From: Octopus sinensis
Lineage: Eukaryota
NCBI RefSeq assembly: GCF_006345805.1
Contig: NW_021831285.1
Location: 124,497-188,496, forward strand
Direction of reading: 5' to 3'
Length of the DNA: 64,000 bases
A model generated the notes under the pieces. It was given only the letters and a program-made list of their open reading frames with translations, did no database searches and was not told where the DNA came from. Positions 1 through 13,225 of this stretch are shown one piece after another. The translations under genes were made by a program, and so were the position numbers. Positions within the stretch are counted from its first letter, which is position 1. The number at the start of each line of letters is the position of its first letter.

Positions 1-1220
1 ATACTACTAAACACTCTGAGAAACCTTTTCACACTCGTTGCACTCGGTCGCATAACCCGAACTGTTAATGAATATCTCTCCCCCAGTCACAGCGGATTCA
101 GGACTGGAAGATCCACAGCTGATATAGTCTGGAATCAAATGGCGCTGCGCTGTCCAGCAAAAATTCAAGAAAGCTACGGCTATCCTTGATATCGATATGT
201 CATAGGCTTTTGACTGTGTCCGTCGTGACCTACTGATCGGGGTTCTGGAAAGCTTCCTAGAGGTGGATGAAGTGAGAATGATACGGTTACTACTTACTAA
301 GACAGAACTTTCTGTTCGTATTGGGTCAGTCTCCTCCAGGCGGTTCAAAACGAATGTCGGCACACCTCAAGAGGATTCTTTCTCCCCCCTGCTATTTGTA
401 ATCTATCTGGAAGCCGCCTTGAGAGATTTGAGAACTTTCTATAATGATTCTATCACCGAAATTGTATATGCCGACGATGTGGACAATAGATGATCTAATT
501 CATCTACTAAACAATTTCTCACGGGTGCTTAACAAATGGTTTTCGATAATTAACACTTCCAAAAAAGAATTGACGGAGATAAAACGAATGGACATCAGAA
601 TTGGTAACGTCAACAAACTCGGCTCTTTACTTGGAGACAGTGAAGACATTTCTTGCAGAAAGATGCTTGCTACCGCAGCTCTGAACAGAATACGTAAAAA
701 TAGCTCCAAGCTTGGCCGATAAATCGGGCCCTCAGATCAAGGCTTTATAATGCATTCGTAAAGCCTGTTCTACATTATACAACTCGTCAACATGGGGGAT
801 CTCGGACACTGAACTGAAGACTATAGATCTTTTCACCGTAAACAACTACGTCTCTTACACGGAATACAGTGGCTATCAAAAATTAACAATCTATCTCTGT
901 ATAGACATTACGATGCTACGCCGTTGTCTCAAGAAATCGTTGGAGCCCGGTCGAAATTATTTGGTTATACTTTGCGAATGGACCCCAGAGCTCCGGCCAA
1001 TCGCACATTGGACAATTATTTCTCCAAACATGGAGATAAATATTGTGGAAGACCTAGATTCACTCTTCCGGCAGTTCTGGAAAGGGATCTTAGACTTCAT
1101 AGCAAAAGTTTCAAAAACTGGGACGACCTAGAATCTTTGCGGGATTTCGCCCGCAACAAAGGGGCATGGACGAGGATGGTCCAGAAAATTATTTCGCTTG
1201 TGACACGTGTGGGATTATAA
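1..1220 (+). mobile_element. Degraded RTE-like non-LTR retrotransposon, RT and C-terminal region (frameshifted)
   Basis: ORF pieces contain NVGTPQEDSFSPLLFVIYLE, IVYADDVD, NKLGSLLGD and GRPRFTLP, paralogous to the near-intact element at 31111-34051. Confidence 0.85.
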
Positions 1221-1299
1221 CTTTGTTTATGTTCCTACGAAATGTGTTATAATAATGGCTCTCTATCAGAAGACGCTGAAGATGTACTAAGGAGAAAAA

Positions 1300-1790
1300 C
1301 ACTGGGAGATGCGACACTAATTAAACTGCTTTACAACGCGTTTGTGAACCCGATCCTACAGTACAACGAGGGACATGGAGAAGGCAACTATTAAAACTAA
1401 ATACGTTTCATAAAAGGCAACTAAGAAGCTTATATTGAATGAAGTAGTCACAAAGAATATCAATCACGGATATTTACAATAGACTTATGTGCTCCTACAT
1501 CGGCTGGGATGTGATAGATGCCCCGTGGAGACTATTTGAGCATGTACTAAGAATGAACCCAGATGAACCCACTAACAAAGCGATGGAAGATTACTTTGAC
1601 AGTTGCGACAAACCCTTCCGCGGACAATCTGAATTGACATTACCGACTGCCTTAAACAAAGACCTAAATCAAGTGAGGAAAATCTAAAAACAGGGGGACG
1701 ACCTGGACGAATTGAAATCACTCGCATTTGAAAGAGGAAGATGGAAAAACTAACCATAAATATTGTTTCTTTGAGTCTCGTCCAAGTGCT
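1300..1790 (+). mobile_element. Second degraded 3' fragment of the same RTE-like family
   Basis: WRLFEHVLRM...FRGQSELTLP matches the C-terminus of the 31111-34051 element. Confidence 0.7.
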
Positions 1791-1889
1791 GTATTAAGAA
1801 TACATTTTAATTGAATTACTTTGTGAAGATAGGTTAAGTTATCCAATTAAGTCGTTATCCGATCTTTGGAGATCTCATAAAACAATTTT

Positions 1890-2995
1890 CTTCATTCATC
1901 CTGTTCATTCGGAATTTCGAGAAGCTTTGATAAAGACAATCCCGTGACGTCTTCTATCATTGATAGCCATCGAGTTTTCGGTCGGCCTGGATTTCTCTTC
2001 CCAGTAATATTGCTCAGTATAATAATTCTTTCCAATAAACCAGAACGGGCGACATGCCAAAAAAACGCCAATCTGTGTTTTAGGATTTTACCTTCAATCA
2101 AAATGGCTGTATCCAAACGGTGAGTATATCGATGTTGGTTATTTTGAACGTCCAAAGAATTCTCAGTAAACTCCTCCAGCACCAAAGTTCAAAAGCATCA
2201 ATTTTTTTATCTATCCGTTTTTTCAGTATCCATGTTTCAGCGCCGTATATAAAAACCGGAAACACAATCGAATTGACCAGTCTTCGTTTGATTCTTAAGC
2301 AAATATCTCTGCTTTTCCTTATAATGTTCATTTTCAGGAAAGCACTTCGTTCCATGGGAATTTGCTACTTGATTTCCAAACCTAGGTCACCATTTTGATT
2401 AATTAAGAATCCAGAAAGACAACATTATTGTAACTCTTTATTTTCTCATTCCAATTTTTAGCTCAATTCCATTATTAACAGTCGTTTGTTTTGGCCAGTA
2501 ACGTTGTATCGTCGACATAACGAAAATTATTGACGTCCCTGTCTGCAATTTTGATCCCGACATTCGATACAGTATCCAATTCAAACATGATCATTTCGGC
2601 TTAAATATTAAATATGATGAGAGATAATAAGAAAAATTACCCCTTTACTAATTGTGAACCATTCGGTATCTCCTTACACTGTTCTAACAGTAGCTCCTTT
2701 GTTCTTAAAAATATATTTGATAAGCAATATTAGATGGCATTGAATCCAAATTCTTTTAACGCGGACCACAACATGTCATGTATAACGGAATCAAAAGCTT
2801 TCCGAGAAAGCATGTGAATACACTTTTTTGGGATTCATGGGATTTTTCTATAATCGATCGGAAATTTTCTATATGATCAAATGTATTTCGTCTCTTCCTG
2901 AATTCTGTTTGGACACCCGGTAAAGCCATTTCGGCATTTGGCATTAGCAAGGCCGAAATAAATTTTTTACACGATATTTCTAATACATACAAGCT
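1890..2995 (-). mobile_element. Degraded RTE/BovB-type retrotransposon fragment
   Basis: YGAETW, KIDAFELWCWRSLLRI and GKRNPGRPKTRW motifs, with many stops. Confidence 0.8.
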
Positions 2996-2999
2996 TTCA

Positions 3000-3400
3000 A
3001 CATGAAACTAATGTTATAAAGAGACACATTTGACAGTGGGAAACACTGAACATTTTTCTTTTTTAAAAAGTGTAATTTTGAATTGTTATAAGGAGAAATA
3101 ACAGGATTTCTTCTACAATTTGAGACACTTTTTAAAATGATTAATTTGAAATATGAGTCAGATCTGAAAAAAGATTTATGGTAAGCTTAGACAGCTTTTA
3201 TAAATTTCTCTTTCCGAAGTATCCCAACTTAATACCCTTAGCTGCAAAGATTTTGTCAATTTTTGGAGCACATATTTATGTGAACAACTTTTTTCTTTAA
3301 TAAACATAAACAAAATAAGATTTCGATCGAGGCTCACCTACACTCATCTAATTGAGATTCTAAGATTGATTATAGCTACAAAAGCACAAACCGAGATGAA
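3000..3400 (+). mobile_element. hAT transposase C-terminal remnant
   Basis: Broken FG(S)TYLCEQLFS..K..RSRLT dimerisation-domain motif near 3255-3350. Confidence 0.6.
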
Positions 3401-3792
3401 CAGATTCTGCTAAAACTTTCAGAAGATTTCATATTTTAACGTCTCCAGATCCGAACTACTATTCACTACATGAAAGTGATTGCTTGGAGTTATTTTTTGT
3501 CTCTGCTTCGCTAATCCAATATCGTGAAACCTCCAATCGTAAGGATAACATTAAAAATGACCATATACACTAAGCCTAAAAAACCGTTTTTATAAATACG
3601 ACATATTTGGCAAAAATAGCCGAAATTTTTCGTTGTCAATATTGAAAGGAATTCTTAAATTTACCCTAAATTATATTATTTTGTATTGTGTTATATATCT
3701 AAATTAAAAATGTTATTCACACGGTCAAGTCAAAGGATATGTCTACATAATTACCATCTCGATAAATAACATCCATGCTGATTGGTCTAGAT

Positions 3793-5425
3793 CAGGGGTG
3801 GCCAACCTTTTTCACCGGCGAGCTACTTTTCATTTTGCGATTTTTTGGAGATCGACTTATATATTTTAATATCAAAAATTTTATTTTACAATTAAAAATT
3901 AATGCGATTTTTGGCATTGTAATTCACTTGCGATTATTTCAAATTCTGGCTCGTATAAGCTTATTGCTATTCTCATGCAATCCCCAAGATGGTCATCCGT
4001 TAAACGTGTCCTGTATTGAGATTTTATCATTTTCATACTTGAAAATGATGTTTCGGATAAATATGTGCTTCCAAAGCATGAAAGAATTCGTTGATACGAA
4101 TCAATCAAAATTGGATATTTTTCCTGAGACATAAATTTCCACATGTTGACATTTGAATGTAATTTTAAAGTGATGTCATTTTTTAGATTTATAATTTCTA
4201 TTTGACTGTTTCTTCGATCAACGTCAAAAATCTTGCTAAATTCTTCTGAAATATTTTCGATGTCTACATCCATGAACGGAGAAACAAAGAAACTGCATAA
4301 TATAGTAATTCTTGAAATCGCTAAATCTGTTATTAAACTCGTTCATTATTTTTTCTAGTACCATAGCAAATTCATTGACATAATGATTTTTATTCACAAG
4401 TTGTTTTGTGAATTCATCTTCAATGTTAGGAAAATGGGTAAAATTTTCTCTTTCTGATTTGAGATATCCATAATTCCAACTTCATTATGAAAGCATTTAT
4501 TGAACTGATCATATCGATAATATATCTATTCTTTCCCTGTAATTCTAAATTGAGTTCATTCAGTTGCTGGTAATATCGGTTAAAAATGCCAAGTTTATTA
4601 GCCAATCAGGATTTTCAAGAAAATGCCAATTCTTGTTGTTTTCTTTAGAAAATTCTTTAATGTATGATAATAATTCTCTGAAACGACTGAGAATTAATCC
4701 CTTGCTTAACCATCTTATGTCACAATGTAAAGGTAGATCGCCATAGATTGCATCGACTTGTTCTAGAAAAAGTCGAAATAATCTTCTTTGTAGTGGCTTG
4801 GCTCGGATGGAATTAATAATTTTAACTGTTGTCTCCATAACATAGTTGAAATTTAACATTTTCCCACATAATGCATGTTGGTGAATGATGCAATGATATG
4901 ATAAAAATTTCGGAAAATGTTCATCTTTCCGACAAAATGCAATAAATCCATTTTGATTCCCAATCATTGCAAGGGCTCCATCTGTTGTTATGGATACAAG
5001 TTTCTTCATTAACGGTAATAATTCGAATGATAACAAAAACGTTTTGAAAGAATTATAAATATTTTCACCAGTTGTTCTTTCTTTCATAGGTATAATAGCA
5101 AATAACTCTTCCTTGACAGTTAGATCATGAAAGATTAAACGGGAAAATACACATAGATGGGCGATATCAATAGCATCGTTTGATTCGTCAAACTGTAGAG
5201 AAAAACACGAACATGCGTAAAGATCCTTTTTTAACTGCGAAAGAAGATTTTCAGAAATGCTTTCAGCCCTTCTGACAATTGACTGTTTTGAGAGCTGAAG
5301 CTCTTTGATGCAATTTGAAATTTCCTGTTTATTTTTCATACCATCAAATAGTGAATCGGCAGCTTCCAAAAAACAAGATTTTAAAATTTCCCCATCAGTG
5401 AAAGGTTTTTTGTGTTTTACGACTA
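3793..5425 (-). mobile_element. hAT (Charlie/SPIN, GTF2IRD2-like) DNA transposon, truncated at its 5' end
   Basis: TIR CAGGGGTGGCCAACC at 3793 after GTCTAGAT; ORFs 4560-5369 and 3899-4273 with FSLQFDES, SITTDGA, HCIIHQ, RWLS and FGSTYLSE. Confidence 0.9.
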
Positions 5426-6006
5426 GACTAGAATCTAGACTCTAGATTTACATAGATTGTATAATCTTTCATTTGAGATTTTCCTTGCCCAGAAGATTCC
5501 GATCAATATACGGATTTGATTCCTATGAAATGGATCTAACTTCACTAAATCATTTTTGAGGTTCTCCATGTTCCAAAATTATAGAGCAGGACTTTTATGT
5601 GGATACAAAAGTTGAATGTTCAACGTCAAGGAACAACGGATTGTGACATTTTTGACGAAATGAGAAAATATGCCTTGATGGTATCCTTCAAGCGTAGTGT
5701 GGATACTCCGCTTAGCGACTTTGAGGCAAACTCGACTGAGACAATCGTTTTTTTGCCAGAACAGTGAATAAAGACTTTCTATAATGATGATAATTAGATG
5801 TTTTTGGAGACGGTGAACAATGCAAAGAAGCCATGTTAAGTTTCATATCAAGACCTCTTTCCTTAACCACATAACATCCATTTAGAATTTCCACATCCAG
5901 CTGAAGTGGCGAGAGTTCTCAGCTGAGTCGTTCTAATGCACTTCATGAAGCGACTTTTAGAAGTTTACTATCCCAGAATTGATAAAATATATTGTTACCT
6001 CTATAG

Positions 6007-8127
6007 CATAGGTTTTCACGAGAAATTTCTCGCGGCGCAAATGCTAATAAAAAATAATCTCGCGGCACATAATCAAAAATCAAAACATAATTATAAAATT
6101 CCAAATTCAAAATTTATTATTTTTACATAATTTTTCTATGTCTGGCTCAATATTTGATAAGGCCAGTCGCATTTCTGAATCTAAATCCAGTAGATTTTCT
6201 CGCTTATTTGTTTTAATGTTTTGTAATGCAGAAAATCCCTTTTCACACAAATAAGTTGTTGCAAATTGTAGAATGATCCGCATTGCTTTATCTGTTATTT
6301 TTGGAAATCTAGAACGAATTTTGATCCACAATTCGCCAATATTTTATTCCGTATGTGATAATTTTAAGGTACGATCATTAAATAGTTCAATAAGCTCCAT
6401 ATTTTCGAACGGTGATAACTCATTACTATGACTAACCAAAAATGGATTCCGTATCTAAAACTAATTATTAAAATAAATACCCAATCATATTTTCAATGTC
6501 TATGTCTGGAAAATAATTATTGACTTTTTGTTCCAATGATGTCAAATGCTCATATATAAGACTTTGTATTATGGTACCGTCAGAATCTAAATTGGCTTTA
6601 TAAATTAGAATGCGAAACCATTAGTCTTAGGAAACATGCTAAAATCCCCACTTAATACTAGTCTTCTCCAATATGTAATATTCATTTTTAAAGCATTTAA
6701 CTTGTCCGTACAACTCAAAATTGTCTCATTATTTCCTTGCATGCTTAGATTCACATCATTCAATATCGAAAATATGTCCGTTAGATATGCTAATTTTAAT
6801 TTCCAATTCGAATTGCTGATCAATTCATGAAATTGATAGCATTGTTCTCTCGTGAAAAATTCAGCTATCGTGTCCTTTAATTCATACACTCTGGCCAGTG
6901 CCCTTCCCCGTGATAACCATCGTATTTCGGTATGTAACAATAAATTTTATAACTTGCTCCCATTTCATCGCATAAAGAATTAAAAATTCTAGAATTTTTA
7001 GATCGAGTTTTTATATAATTGATCATTTTTATGACATCATCCATAACTGATTTTAAAGAAGACGGAAGAGTTTTCGAAACCAATACTTCACGATGTAAAA
7101 AACAATGTGTTGAAAGTATTTGATCATTCTGTGCTTTTAGTAAAGAAACCTGAATTTAATCATATAAAAACAATATACAAGTCCATTAAGTCTTCCAGAC
7201 ATAGATGGTGTCCCATCTGTGCATACACCAACACAATTTTAAAGGAAATATTATGTTGATTAAAATAATCAAATATCAAATTGTACATATCAATTGCACG
7301 AGTAGTAGTAACTAATGCCTTGCAGAAAAGAAATTGTTCAATAATACTTTCTGACTTTTCAGTACGAATATAAATAAGCAGCTGTGCAATTCCTGCTACG
7401 TCAGTTGATTCGTCAATTTGCAATGAATATAAATTGTTTTTCATTATAGATACCACTTTTCTTCAATATCAAACGACATTGTACTAATTCTTCGACAAAT
7501 AGTATTGTCAGAAAAGGGAATTTTCAATAATTTTTTTTCAAATTCCACGCCAACATTGTTCGGACTATTAATTTGCATGCTAGAAGGATAAGATTTTCGG
7601 CAATTGTATGAGGTTTCATTTTCTTGGCAATCAATTCCGATACTAGATAAGAGCACTTTACTGCATCTTCTGATTTTCCAAATGATTTTGAAAATGATTT
7701 TTTACTTACTCTAAATATGTATATATATAATTATTAACACTACCTATGTTTTTTGCTAATTCTTTAAAATAATCAATTGAATAATCTTTATATTCCGGGT
7801 GCTTAGATAAAAAATGTCTACGAAGTTTAGATGGAACCATTGATTCATTCGACAACACCTCCATGCAAATCAGGCACTGGTGGTAAACTATTCCAGTGCC
7901 AAACAGTCAAAACCCATAGATAAAAAAGATGATTTGTAATGACGAATACTCCGATGCACAGACATAACAAATAGCAACGTGATTATAATTTATTATAATT
8001 GTTTCATTATAAATAATTTTAAGTTAAAAATTAAACAAAAATAAGTAAATATAGATCTTCACGCGGCACATTTTTTATCGTCCCGCGGCACAAAAATGTG
8101 CCGCGGCGCAGTGTTTGAAAACCTCTG
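6007..8127 (-). mobile_element. hAT (Buster/ZBED5-like) transposon with intron-containing transposase
   Basis: 8-bp TSD CTCTATAG (5999-6006, 8128-8135); TIR CA(T/G)AGGTTTTCA; motifs YSLQIDESTD, HTEIRWLSRG, FATTYLCEKGFS; GT-AG micro-introns at 6455-6480, 6596-6618, 7150-7178 and probably 7711-7743; empty site at 23194-23201. Confidence 0.92.
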
Positions 8128-8254
8128 CTCTATAGAATTATCAGAATATTCAATATTCTGTAATTGAAATAATCTTAATAATAAAATGGTATGGTGTGTG
8201 TCTGTCTGTCTGTCTGTCTGTCTGTGTGTGCACACCAACTTCAAATTGCAATAC

Positions 8255-10840
8255 GATGTCCTCGACTTACATGATGAGGTCCTTAAAACCTTCCCCCCCA
8301 AAAAAATTAAAAAAAATTTTCTGCATTTTGGTTAAAATGAACAACTACAATGTCCTCGATTTACATGATGAAGTCCTTAAAACCTTCCCCCCCAAAAAAA
8401 TTAAAAAAAATTTTCTGCATTTTGGTTAAAATGAACAACTACAATGTCCTCGACTTACATGATGAAGTCCTTAAAACCTCCCCCCAAAAAAATTAAAAAA
8501 AATTTTCTGCATTTTGGTTAAAATGAACAACTACAATGTCCTCGACTTACATGATGAAGTCCTTAAAACCTTCCCCCCCAAAAAAATTAAAAAAAAATTT
8601 TCTGCATTTTGGTTAAAATGAACAACTACAATGTCCTCGACTTACATGATGAAGTCCTTAAAACCTTCCCCCCAAAAAAATTAAAAAAAAATTTCTGCAT
8701 TTTGGTTAAAATGAACAACTACAATGTCCTCGACTTACATGATGAAGTCCTTAAAACCTTCCCCCCAAAAAAAATTAAAAAAAAATTTCTGCATTTTGGT
8801 TAAAATGAACCACTACAATGTCCTCGACTTACATGATGAAGTCCTTAAAACCTCCCCCCCCAAAAAAATTAAAAAAAATTTTCTGCATTTTGGTTAAAAT
8901 GAACAACTACAATGTCCTCGACTTACATGATGAAGTCCTTAAAACCTTCCCCCCAAAAAAAATTAAAAAAAAATTTTCTGCATTTTGGTTAAAATGAACA
9001 ACTACAATGTCCTCGATTTACATGATGAAGTCCTTAAAACCTTCCCCCCCAAAAAAATTAAAAAAAAATTTTCTGCATTTTGGTTAAAATGAACAACTAC
9101 AATGTCCTCGACTTACATGATGAAGTCCTTAAAACCTTCCCCCAAAAAAATTAAAAAAAATTTTCTGCATTTTGGTTAAAATGAACAACTACAATGTCCT
9201 CGACTTACATGATGAAGTCCTTAAAACCTCCCCCCCCAAAAAAATTAAAAAAAAATTTCGCATTTTTGGTTTTGGTTAAAATGAACAACTACAATGTCCT
9301 CGACTTACATGATGAAGTCCTTAAAACCTTCCCCCCAAAAAAATTAAAAAAAAATTTTCTGCATTTTGGTTAAAATGAACAACTACAATGTCCTCGACTT
9401 ACATATGATGAAGTCCTTAAAACCTCCCCCCAAAAAAAATTAAAAAAAAATTTCTGCATTTTGGTTAAAATGAACAACTACAATGTCCTCGACTTACATG
9501 ATGAAGTCCTTAAAACCTTCCCCCCAAAAAAAATTAAAAAAAAAATTTTCTGCATTTTGGTTAAAATGAACAACTACAATGTCCTCGACTTACATGATGA
9601 AGTCCTTAAAACCTTCCCCCCAAAAAAAATTAAAAAAAATTTTCTGCATTTTGGTTAAAATGAACAACTACAATGTCCTCGATTTACATGATGAAGTCCT
9701 TAAAACCTTCCCCCCCAAAAAAATTAAAAAAAAATTTTCTGCATTTTGGTTAAAATGAACAACTACAATGTCCTCGACTTACATGATGAAGTCCTTAAAA
9801 CCTCCCCCAAAAAAAATTAAAAAAAATTTTCTGCATTTTGGTTAAAATGAACAACTACAATGTCCTCGACTTACATGATGAAGTCCTTAAAACCTTCCCC
9901 CCAAAAAAATTAAAAAAAAATTTTCTGCATTTTGGTTAAAATGAACAACTACAATGTCCTCGACTTACATGATGAAGTCCTTAAAACCTTCCCCCCAAAA
10001 AAATTAAAAAAAATTTTCTGCATTTTGGTTAAAATGAACAACTACAATGTCCTCGACTTACATGATGAAGTCCTTAAAACCTTCCCCCCAAAAAAAATTA
10101 AAAAAAAATTTTCTGCATTTTGGTTAAAATGAACAACTCCAATGTCCTCGACTTACATGATGAAATCCTTAAAACCTTCCCCCAAAAAAAAATTAAAAAA
10201 AAATTTTCTGCATTTTGGTTAAAATGAACAACTACAATGTCCTCGACTTACATGATGAAGTCCTTAAAACCTTCCCCCCAAAAAAATTTAAAAAAAATTT
10301 TCTGCATTTTGGTTAAAATGAACAACTACAATGTCCTCAACTTACATGATGAAGTCCTTAAAACCTTCCCCCAAAAAAAAAAAAAAAAAATTTTCTGCAT
10401 TTTGGTTAAAATGAACAACTACAATGTCCTCAACTTACATGATGAAGTCCTTAAAACCTTCCCCCCAAAAAAAAATTAAAAAAAATTTTCTGCATTTTGG
10501 TTAAAGTGAACAACTACAATGTCCTCAACTTACATGATGAAGTCCTTAAAACCTTCCCCCCCAAAAAAAATTAAAAAAAAAATTCTGCATTTTGGTTAAA
10601 GTGAACAACTACAATGTCCTCAACTTACATGATGAAGTCCTTAAAACCTTCCCCCCAAAAAAAATTAAAAAAAAATTTTCTGCATTTTGGTTAAAATGAA
10701 CAACTACAATGTCCTCGACTTACATGATGAAGTCCTTAAAACCTTTCCCCCAAAAAATCAAAAAATTATTTTCTGCATTTTGATTAAAATGAACAACGCG
10801 AATGTCCTCGACATTCATGATGAGGTCCATTAAAACCTTC
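8255..10840. repeat. ~94-bp tandem array (about 27-28 copies) inside the Helitron
   Basis: Unit AATGTCCTCGACTTACATGATGAAGTCCTTAAAACCTTC(n)A(n)TTA(n)TTTTCTGCATTTTGGTTAAAATGAACAACTAC; variation is mostly homopolymer length. Confidence 0.97.
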
Positions 10841-10979
10841 AAGCCAAAAATCTCACGTATTAAGAATATCCTTGATGAAAACGACAGCGAGAATATTAAC
10901 AATGATGAACTCCCAATTATTCGCGATAAAGAAATTCAATTCATCCTATGTTTTTCTCTTTAAAATTAAATGCATATAT

Positions 10980-12269
10980 CAGGGGTCACCAAACTTTTTG
11001 CACTCGCGGGCCGGATTGACCCCAACACAATGAACGCGGGCCGGAGCACGTGCATAGGATTATAATTTTACTAGAAATTCATAAGTGTGTTTTTTACAAT
11101 AAAAACTAATTAAACAAAAATAAAGTAAAAAAAATTTTAATGAGAGCTATGGAACTGTGATCTTTTTTGATAAGTTCATCAATATTTGGTTTTAAATTCT
11201 GCATCCTATCATGAGAATTGATTTTAAGTGTCCGTCAGTCAATCTTGCACGATGGGCAGACTTAACATATTTCATCCTCGAAAACGTTTGCTCACATTGG
11301 TAAGTTGTGCCAAATATAGAAATCATCTTTATCGCAAAATTCTTTAGTCTCGGAAACTCATCATCCTTGAGATATTCGTAGAACTCAGCGGTTTGGTCCG
11401 TCTGTGACAATCTTTGAGCTGTTCATTTGATTGTAGTCAATAACTTCTAATTGTAATTCATGTTGAACATTTTCAACATTACAAGAAAATGGATTTTCGA
11501 ACAAAATTATATCGCTTTCAATTTTGTCAAGTTCAGAAAACTTATGTAAAAAATGATGTTTTATTCTTTGATAATTCCAATTTGGAAAGTAATGTCGATC
11601 TCATTACAGTTTGCCTCACAAAAACTTTAAAACAAGAAAAGTGTGAAAACTGACGTACTCCAAGTTGTGACTCGAATAACATCAATTTTTGTCGAAATGC
11701 TTTAATTATCCTGTAGAAATCACAAATTAAGTTTTCCTTTCCTTGTAATTTCAGATTTAGCTCATTCATGTGAGTTTTAACATCAACCAAAAATGATAAT
11801 TTTGATAGCCAAGCAAGATCTGATAATTCGGGATAATAGTTATTTTTACTGGTTAGAAAAATATCAATCTCACTTCTTCGGAGTTTATAAAATCTATTTA
11901 TACATTACCACAGCTAAGCCATCTAACTGCAGTGTAATATGGTAAGTCAAAATATCAGATCCAAAATCGTCAAGTAAAACTTTAAACTGACGGGATAACA
12001 GAGAGATGTTCGTGGCATATTAAACAATAGCTTTCTGCTTTAATTCATCTTTCGCAAAAAATACTTCAATTCCCATAATTTATTGAATACACGGCATTCG
12101 CGGTCAACCTTTCTTTTCATATTAGACATAGCAACAAAGAAAAATTTAACGTTAATGCTGATAAGTTTTTTTTCGAATTAAATCTTGCAAAATAGTTTAT
12201 TTAAGTTAATTATTAAGGTATAATTGAATATCTCGAAATAGTGCGCGGGCCGTAGTTTGGTGACGTCTG
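10980..12269 (-). mobile_element. Internally deleted hAT transposon nested in the Helitron
   Basis: TIRs CAGGGGTCACCAAACT and AGTTTGGTGACGTCTG; 8-bp TSD GCATATAT; FGTTYQCEQTFS and NELNLKLQG motifs. Confidence 0.92.
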
Positions 12270-12347
12270 GCATATATCATTATCGACCATGAATCAAATT
12301 AAAGCTATTATCATATTTGACTTTGACAGAATGTGCAATCACAGATT

Positions 12348-12551
12348 GCACGACTTTGAATAGAGTGTGCAATTAACAGATTTTGAAAAACCACTTTGAT
12401 AGTTGAAACCACATTAGCACAATCATTAACACAATTTACCACCAATTGACGCACGACCTGAATAGAGTGTGCAATTAACAGATTTTGAAAAACACTTTGA
12501 TAGTTGAAACCACATTAGCACAACCATTAACACAATTTACCACCAATTGAC
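12348..12551. repeat. ~102-bp direct duplication within the Helitron
   Basis: GCACGAC..GAATAGAGTGTGCAATTAACAG...CACCAATTGAC occurs twice in tandem. Confidence 0.85.
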
Positions 12552-12930
12552 AGCGCAATCAGAAGAATTTGCGTAAAAATATTAACTATTTACTTGAGTT
12601 TTTGTAAAGATAGAATTTATTTTCGGTATGCCTCTTTTCCTAAACTTTTTTTATTATTCAAAAATATTTTTTAAATAGATAACCGAAGGAGGAAAAACGA
12701 AGCTGAAGAAAAAACGGTCAGCTTAATAAGGTAATTAATTAAATCTTTTTTGTGTGTCGCTTTTTTGTGTGTCGCTTTCTTGCCTGCCGCATTTCCGCCT
12801 GCCGCATCTCCCCTGCCCCATTTCCGCCAGTAAAAAACAAAAAAAGAAAAAAAAGGAAATTACCAAAGGAAAAATGAAAAAATTAAATATAAAAAAAATA
12901 AACCACAAAAAATGAAAAAAAAAGTGTGCA

Positions 12931-13113
12931 ATGACAATAAACAAGGCCCAGGGACAGTCATTAAAGGTAGTTGGGTTATTTTTAGAGAGTGAGTGCTTTT
13001 CACATGGACAGCTGAATGTGGGATGCTCGAGGGTAGGCAGAAGAGAAAATTTATTCATATATGCCAAGGAAGGACGGACGACAAACATCGTTTATCAACA
13101 GGCGATAGAATAG
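12931..13113 (+). pseudogene. Helitron RepHel/PIF1 helicase C-terminal fragment
   Basis: MTINKAQGQSL..VGL.L...CFSHGQL.V..SRV, the PIF1 motif V/VI region. Confidence 0.9.
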
Positions 13114-13225
13114 GGTTACATTAAACCAGGTAGTTTTATACATCTACATAAACTTATAGTTGTTTGATGAAACAGGCCCTCCGCAGGAGCTAGGTCGCGG
13201 TGAGCGAAGCGAGCTGCCGAGCTAG

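Larger units (their letters stand above)
8173..13225 (+). mobile_element. Non-autonomous Helitron
   Basis: Starts TC, ends CTAG after a GCGAAGC-containing hairpin; inserted between A and T with no TSD (empty site TGAAATAA|TTTATT at ~23238); (GTCT)n near the 5' end; carries a PIF1-helicase C-terminus. Confidence 0.93.

Noticed and set aside
8255-10840. CRISPR-like regular array
   Set aside because: Whole units repeat with no unique spacers, there are no cas genes, and the context is a eukaryotic Helitron.
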